In this document: positions 39,340 to 51,884 of the stretch, piece by piece | How positions within the stretch are numbered: the stretch's first letter is position 1 | How the letters are laid out: every line of letters begins with the position of its first letter | NCBI RefSeq assembly: GCF_030684315.1 | Contig: NC_081362.1 | Location: 22,704,571 to 22,768,570, forward strand | Reading direction: 5' to 3' | Length of the DNA stretch: 64,000 nt | DNA from: Stegostoma tigrinum | Taxonomy: Eukaryota | The notes under the pieces: generated by a model | Told to the model about the DNA's origin: nothing | What the model saw: only the letters and a program-made list of their open reading frames with translations | Database searches by the model: none | Made by a program: the position numbers and the translations under genes

Positions 39340-39780
39340 GTTTTTAAAATCCACATCTGCTACACACCCACCCCATCATGAAAATTTACCTCTGCCAATA
39401 ATATTGCACTGACAATTTGGACAAAATCTTTCCAGGATTCAGAGAGCACACTAAACTTTACCTGTCAAAATGAATGGTTGTACAAGTTGAAGGCAACCAA
39501 GTCCATTGCCTCTGCATTCCACCTCAAACCAAAAGGCACCCAACATCCTAAAAGTTGCCTGGGGAGAAAAATGCAGCTTGACTCGACTCCCACCTGCCCT
39601 GGAGTGATTGTTGACAGATCCTTAACTTAGCGTCACCACCTCCAACAAGACCAAGACACAAGTGAATTTCATTTGCAAGAGCACTGGCAAAACTGGGTTG
39701 CAAATCCACTGTTCTTTCTTCTACTTCAGTATTGCTCTGGGCAGCTTGACAGCTGGGTACTACTGGTCTTCAAAAGACTT
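39340..39780 (+). mobile_element. Decayed Vingi/Ingi-clade LINE RT fragment
   Basis: Frameshifted KFT(Y)A(DD)IAL...SAFHL...LKVAWG...GVIVDRSLT..HHL...G..W.ANP pattern. Confidence 0.6.
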
Positions 39781-40550
39781 TGATGTATGCGTAGTGGTGT
39801 GATAACTTGACCATGAGAGTCAAATTATGAAATGAAATTTAATAAATTAGTTATTACCAGTAAACTAGAAGGTTGCTGTGATTTGATACAAAGGGGAGCA
39901 GATATATTAAAATACACAGAAATGATTTCTACGGTTGCTTCAGATAGGACTAAAGAGCATTACCTTAAAATAAGATCCTAAACTTCAGGACTGAAATTGG
40001 GAACATTTGCAAGTCCGGGTGATAGACATTTGACACTCTAATCGCCATTTAAGAAAGCAAGTTAGATCAATTGTTTAACTTCAAAGCTGAGGTTTTTGCC
40101 AACTATTATTGTTAAGGAATGTCGATTAAAGACATGTACCTGAAATTCAATTGCTCATCAGTGACTAAACTCATTAAACCTGTTTTTGTTATTCAAAGGG
40201 TTAATGGCCTAATCCTGGTCCTGTAAAAGGGACTTTAAACTCATGACTATCTATATTTTGGCATTAAACAATTGTATCCTCTGATTTCATAATTTATTGG
40301 TGGTGTTGTTATTTGAAGAAAATTATTGTACTAATCTTATTTTACAGGAACCACTGCTAAAAGTTAAGGGGTTGGATCATCACTAAATTACCAGTACTAG
40401 TCACTAAAATGTTTGTTGAATTGGGCTAATGCTAAATTAGCTTTCACTCCGACAAACATCTCAACTGAACAAAAATGTCACTGTTGTGTCTTTGAATCTT
40501 CCCTGTTGCTCAGTGACTGTGAATAACTTCAATGGCTTTTGCAATCTCAG

Positions 40551-40742
40551 GTGGAACTCTCTATGGAAGATATTGAAACCATTCTGAATACATTGATATA
40601 TGATGGAAAAGTGGAAATGACCATCATAGCTGCAAAAGAAGGGACTGTTGGGAGTGTGGATGGACAAATGAAGCTGTTTCGGGCGGTTAATCCCATCATT
40701 CAGCCCACTGGCTTGATGCGGACACCTTGTGGAATGTGCCCA
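40551..40742 (+). CDS. POLR3F: POLR3F exon 8 (VELSMEDIETILNTLIYDGKVEM...MRTPCGMCP)
   Basis: tcag acceptor and gtaagt donor, 192 nt; carries first two cysteines of the C-terminal Fe-S cluster motif. Confidence 0.97.
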
Positions 40743-41129
40743 GTAAGTACATTCTTATAGGCTAATTATGTGTTATCCTTTTAGTTCCATCTTAGCTACT
40801 CTCTCCTACTTGATTTAGAGAAATAAATTGCTATAATTGAAAACAACCACTATTGCGCTATCAATTACAGGGTGGTGTCACAACATTGATTAAAAACAGT
40901 GCTGGAATTTGAGCCTTACAAGTCATCACAAGTGTGAAATTATTACCAATTTAAACTCAAGGATAGCTTAAGCCTGACTGTGATCACTGTCTAAGATAAG
41001 GGAAATTCTCTCCAGATTTCATCAATGATGAAGACTAATTTATTATGGCAAACTTATTTTTAACATATAAATATTATTCATTAATTTGCAAACTTAACTA
41101 AACCCCCATTAAATCCAAGCGTTTACATT

Positions 41130-43740
41130 GACCCAGTAACAGTGAAGGAGAACTTCATTTGGAGGCTTGGAGAACTTGTAGGTGGTGGTGTTCCCATGTA
41201 TTTGCTGCCCTTATCCTTCTAAGTGGAAGTAGTCATAGGTTTGGAAGGTGCTGAGCAAAGATCTTTGAAAATTTGCAGTGTATCTTGTAAATAGTAGCAG
41301 CTGTGTTTACTGTGTAGGTGGTGGGTGTAAATGGATATGGTGCCAATCAAGAAGGCTGCTTTGTTCTGGATGGTGTCAAGCCTTGAGTGTTTTTGGAGCT
41401 GCATCCCTCCAGACAAGTGGTGAGTATTCTGCCGCACTGCTGACTTGTGCCTTGTAGATGGTGGACAGGCTTTGGGAAGTCAGGAGGTGAATTACTCACT
41501 GCAGTATTCCAGCCTCTGATCTGCTCTTGTAGCTACTCTGTGTTTATATGGTGAGTCCAGTTGAGTTTCTGGCTGATGGTAACACCATGAAGGGCAGTGG
41601 TAAGATCATCTCTCATTGGAGCTGGTCAGTGCTTGATATTAGCATGGTGCAAATGTTACTTGCCACTTGCCTGCCTGAGCCTGAATATTGTCCAAATCTT
41701 GTTGCATTTGGCCATAGACTGCTTCAGTATCTGAGAAGTCGCAAATTGTGCAATCGTCGGCAAACATCCCCACTTTAGTTCTTACGGTGGAGGGAAGGTC
41801 ATTTGATGAAATAGGTGAAGATGGTTAGGCACAAGATACTACCTTGAGAAACTTCTAAGATGTTTTGGAGCTGAGATGACTGACCTCCAACAAGCACAAC
41901 AATCTTCCTATGTACCAGGTATGATTCCAACCAACGGAGAGCTTTTCCCCAATTCCCTGTGACTCCAGTTTTCCTAGGGCACTTTGATGCCTCACATGAT
42001 CAAATGTAGCCCTGTTGTTGAGGACAATCCTTCTCACCGCACATTTGGAATTCAGCTCTTTAGTCCATGTTTGAACCAAGGCCGTAGAGAAGTCAGGAGC
42101 TGAATGACCCTGGCAGAAGCCAAGCTGGACATCGCTGAGCAGGTACCATTTGATAGCACTGTTGACGACATCTTCCACCAATTTACTGATCAAGAATAGA
42201 CTGGCACGGTAATTGGCTGGGTTGTATCTGTCCTGCTTTTTGTATTTAGGACATCCTTGGTTATTTTCTACGTTTGTCAGTTGGATACCAATATTGTAAC
42301 TGTACTGGAACAACTTGGCTGGGGTGCAGCAAGTTCTGGAACACAAGTCTTCAGTATTATTGCCAGAATGTTGTCAGGGTCTGTAGCCTTTGCAGTATCC
42401 AGTGTTTCCAGTCATTTCTTGATCTCACAGGGACTGAAATGAATTGATCGAAGACTGGTATCTGTGATACTGGAGGAGGCTGAAATTGGTCATCCGTTTG
42501 GCATTTCTGGCTGAATGTTATCGCAAATGCCTCAGCCTTATTTTTTGTGCTGATTTGTTGGGTTCTTCCATCATTGAGAATGGAGATATATGTGGAATCA
42601 CCTTCTCCAGTGAGTTGCTTAATTGTTCATCACCATTCACGACTGGATGTGACAGAGCTTCGTTCTGATCTATTTGGTAGCTTCATCAGGTTAACACCTA
42701 ATTTTTAGGAATACCCAATGCTGCTTCTGGCATGCTCTCCTGTACTCTCCATTGAACTAGGGTTGAAACCCTAGCTTCATGGTAGTGGTTGGGGGAGCTG
42801 GTGGATTGCCAGCCCTAACATTGCAGATTGTGCTGGAGTTGCTGCTGTTTCACACCATTTAATGGATGACCAGTCCATTCAAAGTCTGTCCCATTTAGTA
42901 CAGTGATAGTACTGCACAACAATGGAGGGTTTACTCAATTTGAAGTGAAGGTGGGACTTTGTCTTCACAAGGATTGTGCAGTGGTCCCTCTTCCTAATGC
43001 TGTCATGGACATCTGTATCTACATCTGACAGATTGGTAAGGATGATATCAAGTACATTTCTCCTTCTTGCCTGTTCCCTTGATACCAGTCCTTTAGGGCT
43101 GGACCAGTAGTGTTGATTCCGAGTATTCTTGGTAGTGGACTTTGAAATCCCCCACCCAGAGTACATTTTTACACCCTTGCCACCCTTAGTTCTTCCTCTA
43201 AGTGTTGCTGAAATGGAGAAGTACAGATTGATCAGTTGAGGGAGGATGGTACGTTGTAATTAGCAGGAGGTTTCCTTGCCCATCTTTAACCTAAAAACTT
43301 GAGACTTCATGGGTCTAGAGTCAATATTGAAGACTCCTAGATATCTCCTCCTTCCTGACTCTGCTGGGTCTGTCCTGCCATTGGGACGGCATATATCTGG
43401 GGATGGTGCTGGTGGTGTCTGGGCCGTAGTCTGTCTGTGAAGTATAATTCCATGAGCATGACCGTGTCAGCGTTTTGCTTGACTTGTCTGTGAGACAGCT
43501 CTCTTATTTTTGATGCTAGCTGTTGTTTCCCCCACCCATGTGAATGTTAGTAAGGAGGACTTTGCGGGGTCAACAGGGCTGTTTCTGTCAATGTCTTTTC
43601 CAGTGCCTAGGTCGATGCTAGAAGGTTTAATTTCTTTCTAGAGATTTTGTAGCATTTACTATAACTGAGTGCATTGCTAGGCCATTTCAGAGGGCAGTTG
43701 AGAGTCGACCACATTGCAGTGGGTCTAGAGTCAATCTAAG
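41130..43740 (-). mobile_element. Near-full-length decayed CR1/L2-group LINE, same family as 23945-27210
   Basis: KKQDRYNPANYR...QLGFCQGHSAPD...QTWTKELNSK; NVLDIILTNL..HDSIRKRDH (APE). Confidence 0.85.
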
Positions 43741-45659
43741 TCTAAGGATATCAATTTTTGTGTTTTAAGAAAATAACTTTTTTATTCTCTTTTTTTGCTG
43801 TGCTTCAGTTTAGATTAAGTTTTTTTTTTATTGCTGTCTGATGTACGCAACACCTTGTAATTCACTTAATTTCTTATACACATCTTTTGTAGCCCTCGAC
43901 AGTTTGTCAAGAGCTCTGCCTTCCTCCAGCTCTTGTGCACCCTTATGTATAGCAGCTGTGCCATGAGGCACTTAGACTCTAAATGTTAGCATTACTTCCT
44001 AAATCTTTCAGTGTTATGCGAATCTTCTTTTGTATTAAGTCTGTTCTTATCCCTGTGATCTTGTGAGCATAAGGCTTCTTCACTGGCACTTGCCATTGTT
44101 TTCTCGGACTTACTTAAGTGTATAGTGGAAGTATGTAGCTGTGCTGGCAGTGACTCCTTCTAAAAAGGAATTCGAATTGTCTGTTCTTCGCTCCTGGCAG
44201 ACTGATCTGTTAGGACTGTTATAACAGCAATGGAGTAACTGTTACGGTTGAAAGGGTACAGAGCTATTGTTACAAAAACATCGGCAGAACTTTTAATGAC
44301 AGCGAAAAATATCGACAACAGTAGTTTCAAATCTCTCCCCTTGTCCCAAATGATTTTTGAACTTTGTATTGTATAGATCAAGTCTTTTTTTCAGTTGGCT
44401 ATCTTGCTGCGAGTAACACTACGTCTTTGAGATGTAAATTGTAACTGTGTACAAAAAACATTTCTATCATGCGTTAACAAAGAAAACTGTCCCAAGGTTC
44501 TTGATAAATCAGAAGCCAAAGAAGGAGATATCGGAAAAGTGGTTTAGTAAGGGAATTCCTGACTTTGGCCATTAGACTGAAGGTACTGCTTTTTTTAGTA
44601 AAGAAGATATGTTATTCTTGCTAGTTTTTCCATCCAGAAACCTAAAGAACCATTTCCAATTGTATGATTTTCCCTCCCTTTCATTTACGTAGCCACTGGT
44701 AGCCCTCTGAGTTGCTAATATACTGGATGATCTTCCCATTCCTAACCTTATGCAAACTCTCAGAAGGCACAAACTCTGATCCGAGAAGATTACTTGTGGG
44801 TTCGACACTCAGTGTTCAGTAATTGGGCTGTTTTTCTCTTATTTAAACATAAGTTCTAACAATACAACTATAACTACACTTGAAAATGTACTTCATTGGC
44901 TGAAAAGGCATACAAAGGTTTTAAAACAAGTAGTCATCTTCCTGAGAAACCTAGTTGTTAAACAGATCACCTGCAGATTTAAAAAATATGCAAAGAACTG
45001 TGGATTCTGGAAATCAGAAACAAAAACAGCAATAGCTGGTAAAACATAACCGTTCTGACAGCATCTGCAAAGAGAAAGCAGAGTTAATGTTTTACATTTT
45101 AATGAAACGTTTAACTCTGCCTTCTCTGTGATTTTAAAGTTGCATTGCAAGTAGGCAGTGTGATGAAGAAAGCATTTAGCATGCTTACCTTATTGCTCAA
45201 ACTATTGTGTACAGGAGTTGGGATATCACGTTGAGGTTGTTCAGAACATTGGTGAGGCCACTTTTGGAGTACTGTGTACAGTTCCGGTCAGCTCGCTATA
45301 GGAAGGATATTACTAAATTGGAGATGGTAAATTTTTTGTGAACCAGGATGGTGCCAAGACTGGAGTGCTTGAACTATAAAGAGGCTGGATAGGCTGGGAC
45401 TTTTTCCACTGTGCTATGTGACCCTGTGACTAGATGCTGCCAGACCTGCTGCTTTTCTATTTTCATTTCAGATCACCCCAGCATAAATTGTTTTTCCCCA
45501 AAAGCACATAGTTCACCACAATATTAAGCCAAAGGATTTGTCATTAATTTTTGAGTACATGATGTTGCTCCCCTTGGTTGATCTGTAGGCTTTTGTTGGT
45601 TCTGTGTATTGGTGTGTCCTATTCTGTTTTTATTCAATTCCTCTATTCATGTTTTCCAG

Positions 45660-45737
45660 GTATTTGACGATTGCCATGAAGATGGGGAGATTTCTCCATC
45701 GACTTGTGTTTACATGACCGAGTGGCTAGAATTCTAG
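45660..45737 (+). CDS. POLR3F: POLR3F exon 9 (VFDDCHEDGEISPSTCVYMTEWLEF*)
   Basis: ccag acceptor, TAG at 45735-45737; conserved RPC6 C-terminus. Confidence 0.97.
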   Translation, partial: VFDDCHEDGEISPSTCVYMTEWLEF

Positions 45738-46135
45738 CCACTGTTGGCATAACAAAGAGACTTTAGAGTTCGATTGTTGGACCATTTAAAACTGTTGGCA
45801 GTGTGCCTGGATGGATTTTCATTGTGTATGGCACAGAAATGGACCATTCTGCCCCATCTGGTCTATGACAGTGTTTAGGCTCAAACTCTTTCAATCCCTC
45901 TTCAAAAAACCGCTTCTATTCTTTTCATCATACTTACCTAGCTTCCCCTTCAAGATAATTAATGGAACTGTGGATGGAGCTCGGCCCACATTGGCAAAAC
46001 ATGAGAAGAATTGAATCTGCAGTGTTTTGAATGTGAGATTATGAAAACTGAACTTTTTTTTAATGTAACATTTAATTTATTTTGTATCCAAATGTTTCTG
46101 GTTTAAATTTTACTTAGCAGTTATCAGCACAATTG

Positions 46136-46141
46136 AATAAA
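46136..46141 (+). terminator. Probable POLR3F polyadenylation signal
   Basis: AATAAA about 400 nt after the stop codon, in a U-rich 3' UTR. Confidence 0.65.
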
Positions 46142-46169
46142 ATGTTTACTGTTCAAAATGTTTGAATTT

Positions 46170-46608
46170 GATTCCTCCCCCCGCCATCCCAAAACCGGCC
46201 CAGCTCATCCCCGCCTCCCTAACCTGTTCTTCCTCTCACCTATCCCCATCCCGCACCTCCATTTCCTACCTATTAAACTTTTCCCACCTCCTTGCCCTGT
46301 CCTTCCTCCTTGGACTGACCTATCCCCTCCCTAACTCCCCACCTACACTCACCTCCACTGTAACCATCCCTGCCCCTTTATCTTTCTGTCTCCTCTCCAC
46401 CTATCTTCTCCTCTATCCATCTTCAATCCATCTCCCCATCTCTCCCCATTTATTTCAGAACCCTCTCTCCCTCCCCCTTTTCTGATGAAGGGTCTAGGCC
46501 GGAAACGTTAGCTTTTGTGCTCATAAGATGCTGCTTGGCCTGCTGTGTTCATCCAGCTCCACACTTTATCTCGGTTTCTCCAGCATCTGCAGATCCCATT
46601 ATCTCTGA
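46170..46608 (+). mobile_element. Penelope pLTR fragment immediately after the POLR3F poly(A) signal
   Basis: Pyrimidine-rich tract, CTGATGA-AGGGTCTAGGCCG-GAAACGTT at 46482-46509, cccattatctc terminus. Confidence 0.88.
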
Positions 46609-46961
46609 TACAAGTATTCAGCTCTTTGTTTTTGCAGCTATAACAACTTTTATTTTTATGATACCTTTACTGCAGTAAAACATTTTGGCATTTCACAGCA
46701 GGATAATCAGGCAGAGGTTTGACAGTTAACCGAAGAGACATCTGTGTATTTGAAGAAAATCTTACTCTATATTTAGCAGGTTGTTAGGAGTATCTGTGTG
46801 AAAAGGAGCCAATAGGTTTAGCAAGGGAATTCAACAGCTTTTATCAAGGCGACTGAGTGTGCAGCCACCAATGGAGAGGTGAAGAAAATCAATGATACGT
46901 AAGACGTCAGAATCAGAAGAATGCAGATTAAAGTCACACACCCAAACAGACTATTCATCCT

Positions 46962-47380
46962 AACAACAAAAACAAAATCACTGGAGAGGCTCAGCAGGTC
47001 TGGCAGCATCTGTGAGGGGCGGGGGGAGAACAGTTAACATTTCGGGTCCAGTGACCCTTTCTCAGAAATGATGGTGGCTGGGAAAATGTCAGTTTACTTG
47101 CAGAAAATAGGGAGGTGGGTGGGGAAGGGACCACATGATGGGGCCCACAGAGAGAGAAAGACAGTTGGCCAGACAAAGGAGTTGCTAACAATCAGGCTGG
47201 GAGGGTGAATAGTTGTAAATGGGGCTGTTAGTAACTAACAGGGGGTGTGTAATGGCAGGCTATGTGATAACAAGGCCTGGTGTGTGGGGTAAGGGGGCTG
47301 GGACATGAGAGAGTTTAGGCCCTAAAATTATTGAACTCCATATTGAGTCCGGAGGGCTGTAGGGTTGCCATGTGGAAAGT
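46962..47380 (-). mobile_element. Penelope 3' fragment (third subfamily)
   Basis: Minus strand: TLQPSGLNMEFNNF ORF end; CTGAGAA-AGGGTCACTGGACCC-GAAATGTT. Confidence 0.75.
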
Positions 47381-47606
47381 AAGGTCAAAATAAATGAAGT
47401 GCTTTAGCAAGCATTTTGTCTTAACAATTTGTCTCCTAATTATGCTGTGACTTCTACATTAAAACGTGAAGAATGACTACAAAAAGGGACACGAAGGAAG
47501 GCATCGAACAACATGGATTCATATAATTATCTCTTCAAGAGAAAGTTTCTACACAAAGTAGGCAAAGTAAGTGTTGGTCCCTTTAGAAGGTGAGAAACTT
47601 TAAGAA

Positions 47607-47917
47607 TTCATAGAATCCCTACAGTGTGGAAACAGGCCCTTCATCCCAACAAATCCATACTGAACCTCAGAGCATCCCACCCAGACCCATTCCCCCTAGA
47701 ATCCACCTAATCTACACCTCCCTGAACACAACGGGCAATTTAGCATGGTCAATCCACCTAACCTAACCTGCACATCTTTAGACTGTGGGAGGAACCTGGA
47801 GAAGACCCAGGCAGACACAGGGAGAATGTGCAAACACCACACAGACGGTGGCCAAAGGCTGGAATCGAACCCGGGTTCCCGGCGCTGTGAGGCAGCAGTG
47901 CTAACCATTCTGCCACT
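47607..47917 (-). mobile_element. HE1 SINE
   Basis: ggaatcgaacccgggttcccggcgctgtgaggcagcagtgctaacca. Confidence 0.9.
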
Positions 47918-49029
47918 GTTAATTCTTTCTGAATTAATAGTGGACAACAAGGAAATGGTGGTGGCGTTGAGTAAGTATATTGTATCTGGCTTCACAGTAG
48001 GAGATGCAGACAGCATCCCTAGAAAAATAGAAAAGCAAGAAGCAAAAATTTAAGGTAATCAATCACCAAAGGGGAAAGAAAAATGAGGCAATTGGAACTG
48101 AAGGCTTAAGTCCCTGGACCTGGATGGAGTTATTGGATGTGTTGCTTGTAATTTTCCAAAATTCCTTTTGATTCTGGAAAGGCATTAATTGGCTAGAAAA
48201 CTGCCAATAGAACACTAGTACTCACATATTTAAAAAATACAGCCAGCAGGATACTACAGGACAGTCATTGGGAAAATGACAGTGCAATATTTTGAGATAG
48301 ATTGGGGATAGAGGATTTGTTAGCTGGTCCAGCCTTTATTGTCCATCCCACGTTGCCCTCAGTGGATGATGGTCAGCTATCTTCATGCACCTTTGTAGTA
48401 ACTGTGTCCACAATACTTAGTTTCAGGATTTTGATTCAGCAACCACTGAGGAATAGTGAAACATTTCCAAGTCAGGGTGCTAAGTGGCTTGCAGAGGAAT
48501 TTGCAGGTGGAGGTAGTACCTGGATAGAAAGAAAATCATAGTACAATCAGGCAGAATATGATTTTGAGAAGGAATTTATGATTGACATTTATTATAATTC
48601 TTTGAAGGTGTAAAACATGGTGAATAAAGAAGAATTAGTAGTTGTGGTGTATTTGTTTTTTTCAGCATGCCACAAAAAAGGTTACTGTGCAAGGGAAAGA
48701 GGCATGGTGTTGTCAGTAATATATTAGCATAAACAATAGTTGATTTAATAGGGTAAATAGCTCATTTTCAGGTTGGTGTTTGGACATTTTTTTTCTATTT
48801 ATTCAGGGGCTGTGGGCATTGCTGACCAAGTCATTCCTTAGTGGCCTGAAGGTGGTTTTGGGCATAGCTGGCCCACACATTCCTAGTTTACCCCTGCAAA
48901 TCAGGAACAAAAACAAACTTGCTGGAAAAGCTCAGCATCTGTGAAGAAAACCGAATTAACGTAAAGTTATGGTAAGCTGCCTTCCACCGCAGTTCTTTAG
49001 AAGTAGGACACCCGTACACCAACCTTGAT

Positions 49030-49320
49030 AATACGGGCCCAGATCTTATCCCAGCCCCTCCTTCGGAAGGTGCTCCATCACATGCTGGCGTGTGACATCA
49101 ACGGAAGTTCCCAGTATCGGATGGGGCGGTTGCCTGGTAACTAGGGAACGCCGTCCTCACCGAGAGACCGGAGACACCGAGAAGACGGGTTTGTCTGTGC
49201 CCAGGTTCAACATGTTTAATATTTAGGGGACTATCATCCGAAATCCAGAGGGACGAGTTGACAAAAGAGCTTGCCAGTCAGGCGTTATGGGTTCGAGGTT
49301 AGGCTGAGACGTCAAACATT
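49030..49320 (+). promoter_or_regulatory. CpG-rich promoter, probably of the C6orf118-like gene, with candidate non-coding exon 1
   Basis: TGACATCA 49093-49100, ETS CGGAAG 49102-49107, GC box GGGGCGG 49123-49129, X-box GTTGCCTGGTAAC 49129-49141 overlapping GTAACTAGGGAAC; candidate donor GG|gtttgt at 49189. Confidence 0.6.
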
Positions 49321-49864
49321 TATTTATTTATTTATTCATTCATTCACTCACTAAGTCACCGACCTGGAGGAGGATGTGGTTTTAATTTACTTTTACAACT
49401 CAATGTGACGAGGAGGTTTGTTTTAAACATAGCATGTTTATACAAATGAAGCTTCATTTTCATTTCCGTCCGCAGGTTTGTTTAATTCGCCTTTGTGTGT
49501 GCCAGTTGGGAGAGAACATTGAGATTTACTGTTTTTGTTTAAATACGAGAGACACGTTTCAGTTCACGTGCAAATTGGTGAATTGGAATGCAGCTGGAGG
49601 ATTTTAGTGGTTAAACCCATTCGCTACCGATGTAACACATTGAATGAGATGTGCAGATGTGCACCGATTATTATGAGCCTACCGAGTTTTCCCGTCGTCA
49701 GTAGAGGCCTGTACTGGATTCACATCCCAATCTGAGAGTTCCACTGATAAGGAAAACAGTAACACTGGAACTTTAGAATCATGGCAAAAAAGTCACATGG
49801 AAATAACAATACACAACACAGCGCCCACAGGTTCCCGAAACGTGGAAGGCAACTTACAACAACC

Positions 49865-49995
49865 TTGAGTTCTGAGGAAGGGTCGCCGGACCCGAAACGT
49901 TTTTCCCTTCACAGATGCTGCCAGACCTGCTGAGCATTTCCAGCAACTTTTTGTTTTTGTTCCTGATTTACAGCATCCCCAGTTCTTTTGGTTTT
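49865..49995 (+). mobile_element. Penelope tail fragment with hammerhead core
   Basis: CTGAGGA-A-GGGTC-gccg-GACCC-GAAACGTT at 49872-49901, then acagatgctgccagacctgctgag. Confidence 0.75.
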
Positions 49996-50354
49996 TATAC
50001 AGTGTACACGGGTATCTAGCCAAACATTTCCCTTTAACGAAAAAATGTGTAGTATCATTTCAACTTAAATGTATAAAATTGATCTTTTTATTCAGTCCAG
50101 TGTAGTATCCCCATTTATGTGTTGCTTCAAAAAAAAGTGCAATCAGGTTGAATTATGGAGTTTTCAACTGTTCATCTGGTTCCTTTTCTGGGGAACGTCA
50201 TTCCCATGGTAAATGTCGCTGCTGTTCAGTTGCATTTGTTGGGGAAAAGTTGATATCTGGTATTGAAGGTTGTTCAGTTCCTTGTTCTATCAGCAGAATC
50301 AAATCTACTGTGTAGAGTTGTTTTTTGCTCCTTCCAGTCAACCTTCTCTATAGT

Positions 50355-51506
50355 TGAGATAATAAAGTGTGAAGCTGGATGAACACAGCAGGCCAAGCAG
50401 CATCTCGGGAGCACAAAAGCTGACGTTTCGGGCCTAGACCCTTCATCAGAGAGGGGGATGGGGTGAGGGTTCTGGAATAAATAGGGAGAGAGCGGGAGGC
50501 GGACTGAAGATGGAGAGAAAAGAAGATAGGTGGAGAGGAGAGTATAGGTGGGGAGGAGGGAGGGGATAGGTCAAGAAGGTGGGATGACGTTAGTAGGTAG
50601 GAAATGGAGGTGCGGCTTGGGATGGGAGGAAGGGATGGGTGAGAGGAAGAACAAGTTAGGGAGGCAGAGACAGGCTGGGCTGGTTTTGGGATGCAGTGGG
50701 ATGAGGGGAAGAGCTGGGCTGGTTGTGTGGTGCAGTGGGGGGAGGGGACGAACTGGGCTGGTTTTGGGATGCGGTGGCAGAAGGGGAGATTTTGAAGCTG
50801 GTGGCATCATTGTGGCACTGCAGGAGGCCCATGATGGACATGTCATCTAAAGAATGGGAGGGGTAGTTGAAATGGTTCGCGACTGGGAGGTGCAGTTGTT
50901 TATTGCGACCGGAGCGGAGGTGTTCTGCAAAGCGGTCCCCAAGCTTCCGCTTGGTTTCCCCAATGTAGAGGAAGCCGCACCGGGTACAATGGATACAGTA
51001 TACCACATTGGCAGATGTACAGGTGAACCTCTGCTTAATATGGAAAGTCATCTTGGGGCCTGGGATAGGGGTGAAGGAGGAGGTGTGGGGCCAAGTGTGG
51101 CATTTCCTGCGGTTGCAGGGGAAGGTGCCTGGTGTGGTGGGGTTTGAGGGCAATGTGGAGCGAACAAGGGAGTCACAGAGAGAGTGGTCTCTCCGGAAAG
51201 CAGACAAGGGTGGGGATGGAAAAATGTCTTGAGTGGTGGGGTTGGATTGTAGATGGTGGAAGTGTCGGAGGATGATGCGTTGTATCCGGAGGTTGGTGGG
51301 GTGGTGTGTGAGAACGAGGGGGATCCTCTTTGGGCAGTTTCATCCCCACCCTTGTCTGCTTTCCGTAGAGACCACTCTCTCTGTGACTCCCTTGTTCGCT
51401 CCACACTGCCCTCCAACCCCACCACACCCGGCACCTTCCCCTGCAACCGCAGGAAATGCTACACTTGCCCCCACACCACCACCCTCACCCCTATCCCAGG
51501 CCCCAG
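50355..51506 (-). mobile_element. Penelope-like element (GIY-YIG plus pLTR, intact hammerhead core 50422-50449) with inverted 5' duplication
   Basis: YCIHCTRCGFLYIGETKRKLGDRFAEHLRS; 51338-51506 is the inverse of 51054-51221. Confidence 0.9.
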
Positions 51507-51880
51507 ACTGGTGCTATTTTCCCTGGAGCTTCGGAGACTTAGGGGCATATATAGGGTGAATAGTCAAGGTCTTTTCCCCAGGGTGGGGGGAGTCAAAAAT
51601 TAGAGGCCATAGATTTAAGGTGAGAATGAAAAGATTTAAAAGGGACCAAATGGCAATTTATTTGTGCAGAGGCTGGTGTATGTATAGAATGAGCTTCCAG
51701 AGGAAGTGAAGGCTGGTACAACATTTCAAGGGCATCTGGATAGGTGTATGAATAGGAAGGGTTTAGAGGGATAAGGGCCAAATGTTGGTGAATGGAACTA
51801 GATTAATTTAGGATATCTGATTGGCATGGATGAGTTGGACTGAAGGGCCTATTTTCATGCTGTACAGCTCTATGATTGTA
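51507..51880 (+). mobile_element. CR1 (HER1-like) 3' end
   Basis: agaggccatagatttaaggtgaga...gaagggcct...tatgatt tail. Confidence 0.8.
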
Positions 51881-51884
51881 TAAT

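Noticed and set aside
49318-49352. Graded (TTTA)-(TTCA)-(CTCA) microsatellite
   Set aside because: Ordinary short slippage repeat
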